Shown in pieces: positions 1-8,473 of a DNA stretch of 64,000 bases (positions within the stretch are counted from its first letter, which is position 1; every line of letters begins with the position of its first letter). A model generated the notes under the pieces. The model did not search any database and had not been told where the DNA came from. It saw nothing but the letters and a program-made list of their open reading frames with translations. Source of the stretch: Gemmatimonadota bacterium (GTDB lineage: Bacteria > Latescibacterota > UBA2968 > UBA8231); contig JAYPJE010000008.1 in the NCBI GenBank assembly GCA_038128265.1, positions 20,139-84,138 on the forward strand, in the 5' to 3' direction. The position numbers and the translations under genes were made by a program.

Positions 1-642
1 ATCCAGGCACGCGTTGACCATCTCTTCCATCTGCGTGCGCTCTAACCGCTCGTCGACACCTTCCTGATCGGCGACAAACATCTGCACCAGCGTCGTTTCC
101 TCGTCGAGAAAAGCCGGCGCGTCGAGCGATACGTCCTGCTGCGAAACCTCCAGCGCATTGCGCGTGCGTTCTATGCTGATGTCGACCTTTTCGGCGATTT
201 CGTCAAACGTCGGCGCCCTGCCCAACGCCTGGGCAAGCGCTCCGGTTTCCTTCTCCACTTTCTGCCAGTCGTTAACCTGACTCATCGGCGGCCGCGCTAT
301 TTTGCCCTGCTCGGCCAACGTCTTGAGAATGGCCTGGCGGATCCACCATACGGCATAGGTGATAAATTTGAAACCGCGCGTCTCGTCAAAGCGCTTGATT
401 GCTTCCATAAGGCCTACATTGCCCTCCGAAACCAATTCGATCAGCGACAGTCCGTAGTCCTTATACGTGCGCGCCACGCTGACGACAAAGCGCAGATTCG
501 CGCGCACCAACACCTGGCGTGCCTCTTCATCTCCGGCGCGCGCGCGCTCGAAATAGCGCACCTCATCCGCCCTACTCAGCGGCTGAACATCCTTGATATC
601 GCGCCAATACAGCTCTATTGTATCGCGTACTTCTCTCGCCAT
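1..642 (-). CDS. RNA polymerase sigma70-family factor (RpoD/SigA-like, no region 1.1); 3' end runs off the window
   Basis: Manual translation from ATG at 642: MAREVRDTIELYWRDIKDVQPLSRADE...ANLRFVVSVARTY...EGNVGLMEAIKRFDETRGFKFITYAVWWIRQAI (region 2); GGGGGA upstream. Not in the ORF track because it is truncated. Confidence 0.93.
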   Translation of the reverse strand, partial: MAREVRDTIELYWRDIKDVQPLSRADEVRYFERARAGDEEARQVLVRANLRFVVSVARTYKDYGLSLIELVSEGNVGLMEAIKRFDETRGFKFITYAVWWIRQAILKTLAEQGKIARPPMSQVNDWQKVEKETGALAQALGRAPTFDEIAEKVDISIERTRNALEVSQQDVSLDAPAFLDEETTLVQMFVADQEGVDERLERTQMEEMVNACLD

Positions 643-703
643 AGTTCCCCCTAATTACAGCCCGGTACACAAAAGACCATACTTTACCCTAACGTTAAAG
701 TTA

Positions 704-732
704 AAAATACGCGAACAGGTGTGCCAAAGCAA
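704..732 (-). promoter_or_regulatory. Putative sigma70 promoter for the sigma factor gene
   Basis: Minus strand TTGCTT-N17-TATTTT in an AT-rich intergenic stretch. Confidence 0.4.
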
Positions 733-776
733 GTTTTTCTCGCTTCTGATCCAGAGGAGTGCGGGGGAAAAAACGG

Positions 777-1202
777 CTATATCTGCGGGCGCCGGCGGCC
801 GCTTTTCTTTTCGCCATGGCGCTTTTTGGCGTCTAGGCGGCGCCTCTGTGCGGCGCGGGTAGGGCGCGTCTTTCTGCGCTTAGGCGGAGGTGGTTTTAGC
901 GCTTCGGCCAGCAGTTGCACCAGGCGCTCCTGGCAGTCTTCGCGATTGCGCCCCTGCGTGCGATGCCTGTCCGAGTGGATTACGAGCACCCCATCCCCTG
1001 TCAGGCGCGAGGCGAGCTGGTCGAGTAAACGGGCGCGCTGCCCCTCGCTCAGCGCGGCGCTCTTGGCCACGTCAAAACGCACTTCCACGCGGGTATTCAC
1101 CTTGTTCACGTTTTGACCACCCGCACCGGAGCTGCGCGAAAAGGCCATGCTCAGTTCCGCCACGGGTATGGACAGCGTTCTGGTTATGTATAGCGCATCC
1201 AT
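777..1202 (-). CDS. arfB: Alternative ribosome-rescue peptidyl-tRNA hydrolase ArfB
   Basis: SRSSGAGGQNVNKV (GGQ motif), RTQGRNREDC, basic C-terminal tail RRRLDAKKRHGEKKSGRR. Confidence 0.93.
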   Translation of the reverse strand: MDALYITRTLSIPVAELSMAFSRSSGAGGQNVNKVNTRVEVRFDVAKSAALSEGQRARLLDQLASRLTGDGVLVIHSDRHRTQGRNREDCQERLVQLLAEALKPPPPKRRKTRPTRAAQRRRLDAKKRHGEKKSGRRRPQI

Positions 1203-1294
1203 CGGCTCACTCGACCGCAATTGATTGGACTCTGTAGATGATTTAATTTAGCCGCGCCGATTGCAATGACCAGTTTTTTTTGAGGAGAATGCGC

Positions 1295-2461
1295 ATGAGC
1301 ACCCAGTATAAAGCCGCCATTGTCGGCTGTGGATCCATCGGACACGCGCACATGGAGGGCTATCAGCTCGTCGACGAAGTCGAAGTCGTCGCTGTTGCCG
1401 ACCCGGTCCCAGCCGCGCGACAGCGCTACATAGAACAGTACGGTATTCCCCAGCAGTACGATACCGTCGAAGAAATGCTCGCGCAGGCACAGCCCGATAT
1501 CGTCAGCGTATGCACCTGGCATCTGCTGCACCCCGCTCCGACCATTGCCGCAGCACAGGCCGGCGTCAAAGCCGTCATATGCGAGAAACCAATGGCCATT
1601 GGCATGGAGGCCGCCGATGCCATGGTCGACGCCTGTGCCGCCAGCGGCACCAAGCTCGTCATCAGCCACCAGCGACGCTTCACGCCAGGCTGGGAAAAGG
1701 CGCGCCAGCTCATAGCAGAGGGCGTGATCGGCACGCCGCTCTTTGTCACCAACAAGGTCGCCGATGGCTTGACCAATTGGGGAACGCACTCGATCGACGG
1801 CTCGCGTTTTGTGCTGGGCAATCCCAAGGCGAGCTGGGTTATGGGCGCCGTCGAACGCCGCACCGACCGCTACGAGCGCGATACGGCCGTCGAAGACGCC
1901 TGTATGGGCCTCGTGCAGTTCGACGACAACCTGCAGCTGTTTATCCAGTCAGACCTGATGCGCGAGGGAGCGGCCGCAGGCCACTTCCAAATTCGCGGCA
2001 GCGAGGGTTATATGGAAGTAACCGAACTCGGCGTGCGGCTACACACCACGGACAGCGCGGGCTGGCAGGACGTGGAAATCGAGCTACCCGAAGGGGCGAA
2101 GGCAATTGGCGGCTACACCAACGCCGCCCAGGTGCGCGAGCTGTTGGCCTGGATTGAAGGCCGCGTCGAGGAGCACCGCAATGCCGGCACCATCGCCCGC
2201 GATACGGTGGAGATTATGATGGCGCTCTACGAATCGGCTCGGCGCAACGCGGTCGTTCATTTGCCCTTAGCAGAGAAGGGGTACCCGCTCGAGCGCATGA
2301 TCGATGAGGGCAAGCTGCCCGTGGAGATCGAAGGGCGCTACGATATTCGCTCGTTTCTCAAATGGGACGGTATCGACGAAGAAAAATACAAGGCGCTGCG
2401 CGCCAGCGGCATGGGGCACCATCAGATTATGCGCCAGCTGCACGAAGAGATGGGGCAGTAA
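1295..2461 (+). CDS. Gfo/Idh/MocA family oxidoreductase
   Basis: IVGCGSIG Rossmann motif, ICEKPMA, HQRRF, WGTHSID; GAGGAG RBS upstream. Confidence 0.9.
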   Translation: MSTQYKAAIVGCGSIGHAHMEGYQLVDEVEVVAVADPVPAARQRYIEQYGIPQQYDTVEEMLAQAQPDIVSVCTWHLLHPAPTIAAAQAGVKAVICEKPMAIGMEAADAMVDACAASGTKLVISHQRRFTPGWEKARQLIAEGVIGTPLFVTNKVADGLTNWGTHSIDGSRFVLGNPKASWVMGAVERRTDRYERDTAVEDACMGLVQFDDNLQLFIQSDLMREGAAAGHFQIRGSEGYMEVTELGVRLHTTDSAGWQDVEIELPEGAKAIGGYTNAAQVRELLAWIEGRVEEHRNAGTIARDTVEIMMALYESARRNAVVHLPLAEKGYPLERMIDEGKLPVEIEGRYDIRSFLKWDGIDEEKYKALRASGMGHHQIMRQLHEEMGQ

Positions 2462-2514
2462 AAAAATACGGCCGCTTTCGAGAAGTGTTAACCAGACTTC
2501 CCGCAAGCGGCCGT
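2460..2514 (-). terminator. Intrinsic terminator (U-tract on the minus strand)
   Basis: ACGGCCGCTT (2468-2477) pairs with AAGCGGCCGT (2505-2514), with inner pairing; A7 tract at 2460-2466. Confidence 0.7.
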
Positions 2515-2719
2515 TACCGATGTATGTAGTGCGGAAGGAGTGGGGACTCCATCCCACAGCGTGTCTGTTTTCAGGGTGGGTAGCCCCGAGGGGAGATCTA
2601 TTTGAGGGATCGGGTAGCTTCAGAGGTTCGACTCATACTTAGTATCAAATAGTCTCTAATAATACTATCGTCTATTGGATCAATTTCTTTAGAGATATTT
2701 TCCCGGAGCCCCCAAATCT

Positions 2720-4099
2720 CTATAAGTTATTGTTATTAAACCTTTTTTCGCCCTGCTCACCCAGAGCGACGCCCAGGCAAACCCAAAAAAACAGGCCGTT
2801 AAAGGGCAAGCGCAGCGGATAGCTGACCAGACTGTGCAGCAGCATGGCGACCAAAGCGGCAACCAGCGACCACGCATAGGGCGAGGCGCCGCGCCGCAGG
2901 CCGGCAATCAACCACCCCCCCAAACGACCCACGAGCCACATAAAGCCCAGCAGGCCGAGCGCGCCGCTTTCCGCCCACAGATGCAAGTATTCGTTGTGGG
3001 CATAGCGCGTGTTTTCATACTGCTGCGTCTCGATAAGGCTGCTATACCATGGGTCGCTGCGCAGCCCGTCGCGGTAGCGGGGGAAATGGTCGGCAAAAGC
3101 GCCGTAGCCTACGCCCACTAGGGGCTGATCGGCCACCATGGCCCAGGCAACGCGCCAGATAAAGTAGCGGTGGTTTATCGTCGTATCATTGACCTGCACG
3201 TCGCCCAGCTGCACGGAGGTGGCCGAGGCCGGAGCCCCTTCGTCGGACTTCTTGGCCTCTGCACCGCGGCTGTGCGGCGAAACGATGTAGCGCGCACTCA
3301 ACAAACGCTCGCCGACCGAGACCTTGCCCTGTGCGTTGGCTATGATCGGAGCGCGCGTGGCAACATACGTCGTGGCGGCTAGCGCCAACGCCAATAGCGC
3401 AATATCTAGCCAGCGCATGCGCAGCCCTCCATGCCGCACCGCGAGAACAACGCCGAGGCAGGCAAGGGCCGTGCCCGCCATGCCGGCCAGCCAGGCACCG
3501 CGACTACCCGCCAAAATGCAGGCGCCGTAGCTGAGCGCGACCGCAAGCCCGGTTAGCAGGCGCTCATAGGGCTTTCCCGCGCCGAGAAAAAAGACCAGCA
3601 GGAGGGGCAGTGCACAGGCGGCTACATTACCCAGATAATTTGGATTTTCGAAGGTGGCAACGATCCGCCGCCCTTCAAAGGGGGTTGCCGATGGCAGCGG
3701 ATCCCACCCGTTGCTTTGCACAAACGCGTAGGCCCCCAATGCGATGCACCCCGCTACGAGCGCGCGTGCTGCGATCCCACGCGCCAGCGCATCGCGCGCC
3801 ATCCAGCAGCTCAACCACAGCAAAAAGAGCTGCGACAGGAGTTCCAATAGGGCAACATTACCCCATGTGCCGTTGAGCCAGAGCGAGAGGCAGACCGCTC
3901 CTACCAGCGGAGCTACGGACCACGTCAGCAGGCGCCTGAGTTCGGGAATAGCCGGTGACAGCAGCGCCCAGCCACCCGCTATACAGCACGGCACCCAAAC
4001 CCACCAATACGCACTGCTGCGGGCGTATACGCCCGGATGCGCCAAGAGCACGACCAAGCCGGCGGCGGAAACGAGCAGAGCCACTACGGCGCTGGGCAT
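2720..4099 (-). CDS. O-antigen ligase / Wzy_C family membrane protein
   Basis: Many TM segments; ATFENPNYLG, GSRGAW, RYFIWRVAWAMVADQPLVGVGYG, YAHNEYLHLWAESG. Confidence 0.85.
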   Translation of the reverse strand: MPSAVVALLVSAAGLVVLLAHPGVYARSSAYWWVWVPCCIAGGWALLSPAIPELRRLLTWSVAPLVGAVCLSLWLNGTWGNVALLELLSQLFLLWLSCWMARDALARGIAARALVAGCIALGAYAFVQSNGWDPLPSATPFEGRRIVATFENPNYLGNVAACALPLLLVFFLGAGKPYERLLTGLAVALSYGACILAGSRGAWLAGMAGTALACLGVVLAVRHGGLRMRWLDIALLALALAATTYVATRAPIIANAQGKVSVGERLLSARYIVSPHSRGAEAKKSDEGAPASATSVQLGDVQVNDTTINHRYFIWRVAWAMVADQPLVGVGYGAFADHFPRYRDGLRSDPWYSSLIETQQYENTRYAHNEYLHLWAESGALGLLGFMWLVGRLGGWLIAGLRRGASPYAWSLVAALVAMLLHSLVSYPLRLPFNGLFFWVCLGVALGEQGEKRFNNNNL

Positions 4100-4126
4100 C
4101 CACCCTCCGACCGGACACTAACCATA

Positions 4127-4155
4127 TTGACTTTAGTCCACACAGTATCTATTTT
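4127..4155 (+). promoter_or_regulatory. Putative sigma70 promoter for the rpsR-BMC operon
   Basis: TTGACT (4127-4132)-N17-TATTTT (4150-4155). Confidence 0.55.
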
Positions 4156-4219
4156 TTTTCTTTCAATTGTCGCCTATAACCATGCACCCTGCCGGGTGCG
4201 TCGGCAAGGAGTAGTAGCC

Positions 4220-4447
4220 ATCGCTAAGTTTCGCAGCAATCGCCGAGAGGCCGTAGCCAAGCTCAAGCCCGAGGAAATCGATTATAAGCGCATCGACGTC
4301 CTCGCCAAATTCGTCACGCCCACTGGCAAGATCGAAGCAGCGCGCCGCACGGGCGCTTCTCGCAAACAGCAGACGCGCGTAGTGCGTGCGATCAAGCGCG
4401 CCCGCTATCTAGCGCTGCTGCCTTTCACGATCGACGATTCCCGCTAG
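4220..4447 (+). CDS. rpsR: 30S ribosomal protein S18, Cys-less form; start probably ATC at 4220 (alternative GTG at 4196)
   Basis: IDYKRIDVLAKFVTPTGKIEAARRTG...AIKRARYLALLPF; AAGGAG at 4206-4211. Confidence 0.9.
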   Translation: MAKFRSNRREAVAKLKPEEIDYKRIDVLAKFVTPTGKIEAARRTGASRKQQTRVVRAIKRARYLALLPFTIDDSR

Positions 4448-4464
4448 TACACGGGCGACCGACC

Positions 4465-4956
4465 ATGGCGCAGGGGGCGATTGGATTCATCGAAACCCGC
4501 GGCTTAGTCGGCGCAGTAGAAGCGGCCGATGCCGCGGCCAAAGCCAGTTCGATCGACCTGCTCGCTTTTGAACAGATTGGCGGCGGCTTGGTGTCGGTGC
4601 GCTTTCGCGGCGATGTAGCCGCTGTCCAGGTTGCCGTTCAGGCAGGAGTGGAAGCGGCCAAGCGCCTCGGCGAAGTGATAAGCCACAACGTCATACCCGC
4701 ACCCCATGCCGACCTGCTGGCCACGCTGGTAGCGCCACCGACCGCGCCGCGCACTACACGGCCTGAACCCACCACACCAACCGCACCCGCCGATGCGCCG
4801 GCCCGGCCCGAGCGGCTCGATGACGTCCCCGTTGCTCGCCTGAGACAGCTCGTCCGCCAGCTGCCGGACGCACAGCTCAAAGGTCGACAGGTCTCGCGCG
4901 CCAACAAAAAAGCCCTCATTGCCGAGCTAGAGCGCGCCCAACGAGAGTCCAGATAA
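4465..4956 (+). CDS. Bacterial microcompartment hexamer (BMC-H) protein with Pro/Thr linker and helical C-terminal domain
   Basis: AIGFIETRGLVGAVEAADAAAKA...GGGLVSVRFRGDVAAV...VIPAPH. Confidence 0.9.
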   Translation: MAQGAIGFIETRGLVGAVEAADAAAKASSIDLLAFEQIGGGLVSVRFRGDVAAVQVAVQAGVEAAKRLGEVISHNVIPAPHADLLATLVAPPTAPRTTRPEPTTPTAPADAPARPERLDDVPVARLRQLVRQLPDAQLKGRQVSRANKKALIAELERAQRESR

Positions 4957-4960
4957 AACT

Positions 4961-5275
4961 ATGTTAGATAATATAGCAAAGAGCCTGCGAGAAAGCTTTC
5001 ACATCGCCGCCGACCTAGCCGGCGATATGACCCGAGTCGCGCGCGCGCGGCTCGATATCGCCTCTACCAAAAAGCAGATACAGCGAACGCAGACGGCGCT
5101 GGGGGCCTATGTCCACCAAAACCTGGCGCAGGGCGATCTGGCCGACCAGCCGCAGGTAAAGGAATGGGCGAGCGAATTGGACGAGTTGCTGCGCGAATTG
5201 GACGCACGCCAAGCCGCGCTTGAGGAACTACAGTGCCAGCAGGAAACGCCCGAGCAGGACGAAGAAGTGCACTGA
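4961..5275 (+). CDS. Hypothetical coiled-coil protein
   Basis: 104 aa ORF 4 bp after the BMC gene; amphipathic helical pattern, acidic tail. Confidence 0.7.
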   Translation: MLDNIAKSLRESFHIAADLAGDMTRVARARLDIASTKKQIQRTQTALGAYVHQNLAQGDLADQPQVKEWASELDELLRELDARQAALEELQCQQETPEQDEEVH

Positions 5276-5312
5276 GTTTGTAGGTGAGTGCGAGCGGCCT
5301 ACGACGGGTCGC

Positions 5313-6512
5313 TCAGGAGGGATTCTTCCGTTTAACGGCCACCTTCCGACCGTCTACCACGCGATACAGCCGGCCGTCTTTGGTCCGGTACACCTTGCCT
5401 TCTTGCAGCTTGTTCTTGGCTTCCCTTTTCTTCTCAGCGACTTTTTTGCTCGCCTTTTTAACTTGTGGAACCGCGTTGTCGAACGGCAGCGAGTCAATAT
5501 CGTCGTCTAGGCCATCGGGCGCTTCGTCCTCATCAAACGCCGAACTCCAGGCAGCTAGCTGTTCTTCCATCTCGGCGCGATGGCGCTCGGCCATCTCCTC
5601 TTCCGATGGCTGTGGCCAGTTGAGAAAAAAGTCCTCTACCGCCACCGACAGCATCGTTCCTTTGAGATAGCGCTCGAACGTAGACGCTATAATGTGCGCA
5701 CTGAGCGCGTCGATATCGGGTGTATTCTCACTCAGCCACAGCTCGACAATTTCGTGCAGCAGCAGGGCGTCCAACAGCGTGAATCGCTCAATGCCGCCCG
5801 TGGCCATCGAATCCTGATCCCAGCTCTCGAGCACTTCGCGCACATCCGTAACGAGATGGATGTCGCCCTCGCGCTCGTACGCAACCGTCTTACTGGCAGC
5901 CAGTTCCAACAAGTCGGTGCTGCGCACGTCCTCAAAGGCGTGGCCAATAATGCGAAAACCCTGTTCGTTGGTCGGACTTAGCCTATCGGCCAGCAAGCGT
6001 CCCACGTGAGCGGGCTGGTGAATGATAAAATCGAGGAGGGACTCCTGCGTCGGAGCCCACGCATCGGCCAGACGCTTGGCTTGGGCGCGCAGAATAGCCG
6101 TAAAATCATCGCCTTCTGGTTCGACAAAGATCGCAGCAATTTTGGCTTTTTTCTGTTCGGGACTATCGACGGAGCGGAACTTAAACGAGCCCAATGCCTG
6201 GAGAACGGCCACCCGACTGCGCATATCTTCTGGGGCGAAGTCCAGCAGTGCCTGAAAAAATGTGCACATACCGTCTTCATCCGTCCAAGTTCTGAACTCA
6301 CCCGGCGTGCGCTTAAGCGAATCCATTTCGCCGTACAGCCCTCTGATGATTTCGGCATATTCGCCGGTGCCTTCGACGCTGTTGTAGAGCTCCTCACCCC
6401 CGCCCTCAGCCTTCTCTGCGGCTTCTACAACCTGCGCATCAACCGGTTCTTTGCCACCATACCAGGCTCGCACCTTGCGCGTGTTATCGCTCTCCATTCG
6501 ATCCTTTGCCAT
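5313..6512 (-). CDS. Hypothetical protein with HExxE...AH putative metal-binding motif
   Basis: 399 aa ORF with protein-like composition; LLLHEIVE...LSAHIIA; acidic then Lys-rich C-terminus. Confidence 0.75.
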   Translation of the reverse strand: MAKDRMESDNTRKVRAWYGGKEPVDAQVVEAAEKAEGGGEELYNSVEGTGEYAEIIRGLYGEMDSLKRTPGEFRTWTDEDGMCTFFQALLDFAPEDMRSRVAVLQALGSFKFRSVDSPEQKKAKIAAIFVEPEGDDFTAILRAQAKRLADAWAPTQESLLDFIIHQPAHVGRLLADRLSPTNEQGFRIIGHAFEDVRSTDLLELAASKTVAYEREGDIHLVTDVREVLESWDQDSMATGGIERFTLLDALLLHEIVELWLSENTPDIDALSAHIIASTFERYLKGTMLSVAVEDFFLNWPQPSEEEMAERHRAEMEEQLAAWSSAFDEDEAPDGLDDDIDSLPFDNAVPQVKKASKKVAEKKREAKNKLQEGKVYRTKDGRLYRVVDGRKVAVKRKNPS

Positions 6513-6593
6513 CGCTGATCACTTTGCTACGAGGCGTATCTAGTGACACCTAAGTGTCTCATATCGCTAAATTTAACAAAATTCGACATTTCT

Positions 6594-7634
6594 TCAAGCC
6601 GTTTCCCAAACGCGCAGACCAAAGCGGCTCAGATAGATGGCTATGTTCTGAAATAAGGGGTTGGCCCCTTCGATCTCTTCGATCAGATTTCGCTTCTGCG
6701 AAGAATCGCCCCCCACCAACAGCGTCAGCGACCCCCCATCGCCTCCGGCACCGTTGACCTTCCAGCCCAGCGCACCGGCGCGACGCGCACGCTCGATAAT
6801 GTCGCGTGCGTCGGCCGACACCAATTCGGGATGTAAGCGCATCTGGGCCTCGGTATTCTCGGTCATAGCCTGTCCCAGGGCGTGGAAATCACCGGCATAC
6901 ACCGCGTCGCGCGAACGACCCGCCGTGCGACGCAGATCCTCCATTCGCACGTCGTCGGGCGGCGCGCCCTCGAGATCGGCGATGACATTCTCGTGCACCT
7001 GCGAGGACGAGTGCGATTTGCCGAGAAAGATCAGCACTAGGCGCCGCTCCATTTCCCACCAAATGGCGTTGGAAACGTGCAGCTGAGACACCGAGGCGTG
7101 CGGATACTGGTACATCTCGATGTAGTTGATGCCGCCGAAAGCCGAGCACAGTTGGTCCTGTATGCCGCACTGCTGTCCGAGCATCTCCGTTTCGACGCGC
7201 TGCGCGGTCTGCGCCACCTCGTAGGGCGTCATGCGGCCCGGCGTCAGCAGGTCGAGTGCACCGATTAGAGCCACGGTCACAGCTGCCGACGTGCCGGTGG
7301 AAGCGCCGGCCGGCGCCTCGGAGAAGATGCTCACTTCAAAAGCGACCTCGTCCGGCACGTTCATATACTCGACGGCGGCCTCCAGCAGCGGATGATGCGT
7401 CCAATCGGCTCTACCCCGCTCCACCGCAAAGCGCTGTCCATAGTTCTCGGCGTGGATGACGAGGCGATGTTCGACGTCTTCACGGCGAAACACCTTGAGC
7501 TGCGCCTCGGCATAGGGATATACACCGATATTGAAAATCGCACCGTACTCGGCAAACCACGTATCGGTCCACCCGCCGTTGTCGCAGATGCGAATAGGCG
7601 CTACGCTATTGATAATTCGTATCGGTTCGGCCAT
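6594..7634 (-). CDS. GHMP kinase, HddA-like (heptose-7-phosphate kinase family)
   Basis: APIRICDNGGWTD, APAGASTGTSAA, GIQDQ, GWKVNGAGGDGG. Confidence 0.85.
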   Translation of the reverse strand: MAEPIRIINSVAPIRICDNGGWTDTWFAEYGAIFNIGVYPYAEAQLKVFRREDVEHRLVIHAENYGQRFAVERGRADWTHHPLLEAAVEYMNVPDEVAFEVSIFSEAPAGASTGTSAAVTVALIGALDLLTPGRMTPYEVAQTAQRVETEMLGQQCGIQDQLCSAFGGINYIEMYQYPHASVSQLHVSNAIWWEMERRLVLIFLGKSHSSSQVHENVIADLEGAPPDDVRMEDLRRTAGRSRDAVYAGDFHALGQAMTENTEAQMRLHPELVSADARDIIERARRAGALGWKVNGAGGDGGSLTLLVGGDSSQKRNLIEEIEGANPLFQNIAIYLSRFGLRVWETA

Positions 7635-7710
7635 GTATATCGCTTTTCCTCTCGCTCCTACCTATACCATCGGTGCCAATCGGCACAAACTGAAGTTTTG
7701 TCGTTGGCGC

Positions 7711-8451
7711 TCAGCGGGTAAAAATCGTGCCGCGCACGTACGATCCCTCTTCCGAGGCGAGGAACGCCAGTATCCGCGCCACGCCAATGGGCTCACCCAG
7801 ATTGGCATTGCGCTGGGCCGCCTCTGGGTCCTGGCCGCTGGCCGCCGCTCCCTGCGCGACGTTCTCCAATTTTAGCGGCGTGGCAATGCCGCCGGGGCAA
7901 ATTACGTGAAGACGCACGCCCTTGGGGGTCAACTCCTGCTCCATCTTATAGTGCATACCGTGCATGCCCGCCTTGCTAGCAGCATATGCATAAGAAGACG
8001 ATGCGCCGCGCACGCCCGCGCCCGAGGCAATAAGCAGCAGCACCGACTCGCCGGCTTTTTCCAGCAGCGGCGCCACATACTTAACGGTCAGAAAAGTGCC
8101 TTTTAGGTTGGTATCTATCGTCGCGTCCCAATCGCCTTCATCCAATTCATCAATCCCCTTGAACGCTCCTTTTAACACGCCGGCCGCCACCACGGCGACA
8201 TCGACCTTGCCGCTTTCAGCCGCCACCTGCGACACGGAGCGCGACACGCTCTCCTCGCTGCGCACATCGGTCGCGTAGAACTTGGCCTGCCCGCCGGCTC
8301 GAGCAATCGCCTCTACGGCGGCCTTCCCCTCGGCTTCGTTGTAATCGATAATGTGCACGAGGGCACCTTCCGACGCATAGAGCTCGGCCGTGGCTCGGCC
8401 AATACCCGTAGCACCTCCCGTTATCAGGGCAATTTTTCCACTCAGCTTCAT
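7711..8451 (-). CDS. Short-chain dehydrogenase/reductase (SDR)
   Basis: TGGATGIG, YAASK catalytic motif, ICPGGIAT; AAGGA RBS before ATG at 8451. Confidence 0.9.
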   Translation of the reverse strand: MKLSGKIALITGGATGIGRATAELYASEGALVHIIDYNEAEGKAAVEAIARAGGQAKFYATDVRSEESVSRSVSQVAAESGKVDVAVVAAGVLKGAFKGIDELDEGDWDATIDTNLKGTFLTVKYVAPLLEKAGESVLLLIASGAGVRGASSSYAYAASKAGMHGMHYKMEQELTPKGVRLHVICPGGIATPLKLENVAQGAAASGQDPEAAQRNANLGEPIGVARILAFLASEEGSYVRGTIFTR

Positions 8452-8473
8452 GGGATATTCCTTTCTCTCATGT

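Noticed and set aside
710..727. TGGCAC sigma54-like motif upstream of the sigma factor gene
   Set aside because: GG-to-GC spacing is 11 rather than 10 nt; a sigma70 reading fits better
2520..2640. tRNA-Ser-like or 6S-like fragments (GGTTCGACTC on +; CTGAAAAC, CCTTCCGCA and GAACC...CCCACC on -)
   Set aside because: No T-stem or acceptor stem forms, and the closing GGTTC strand needed for 6S is absent; kept only as a generic sRNA candidate
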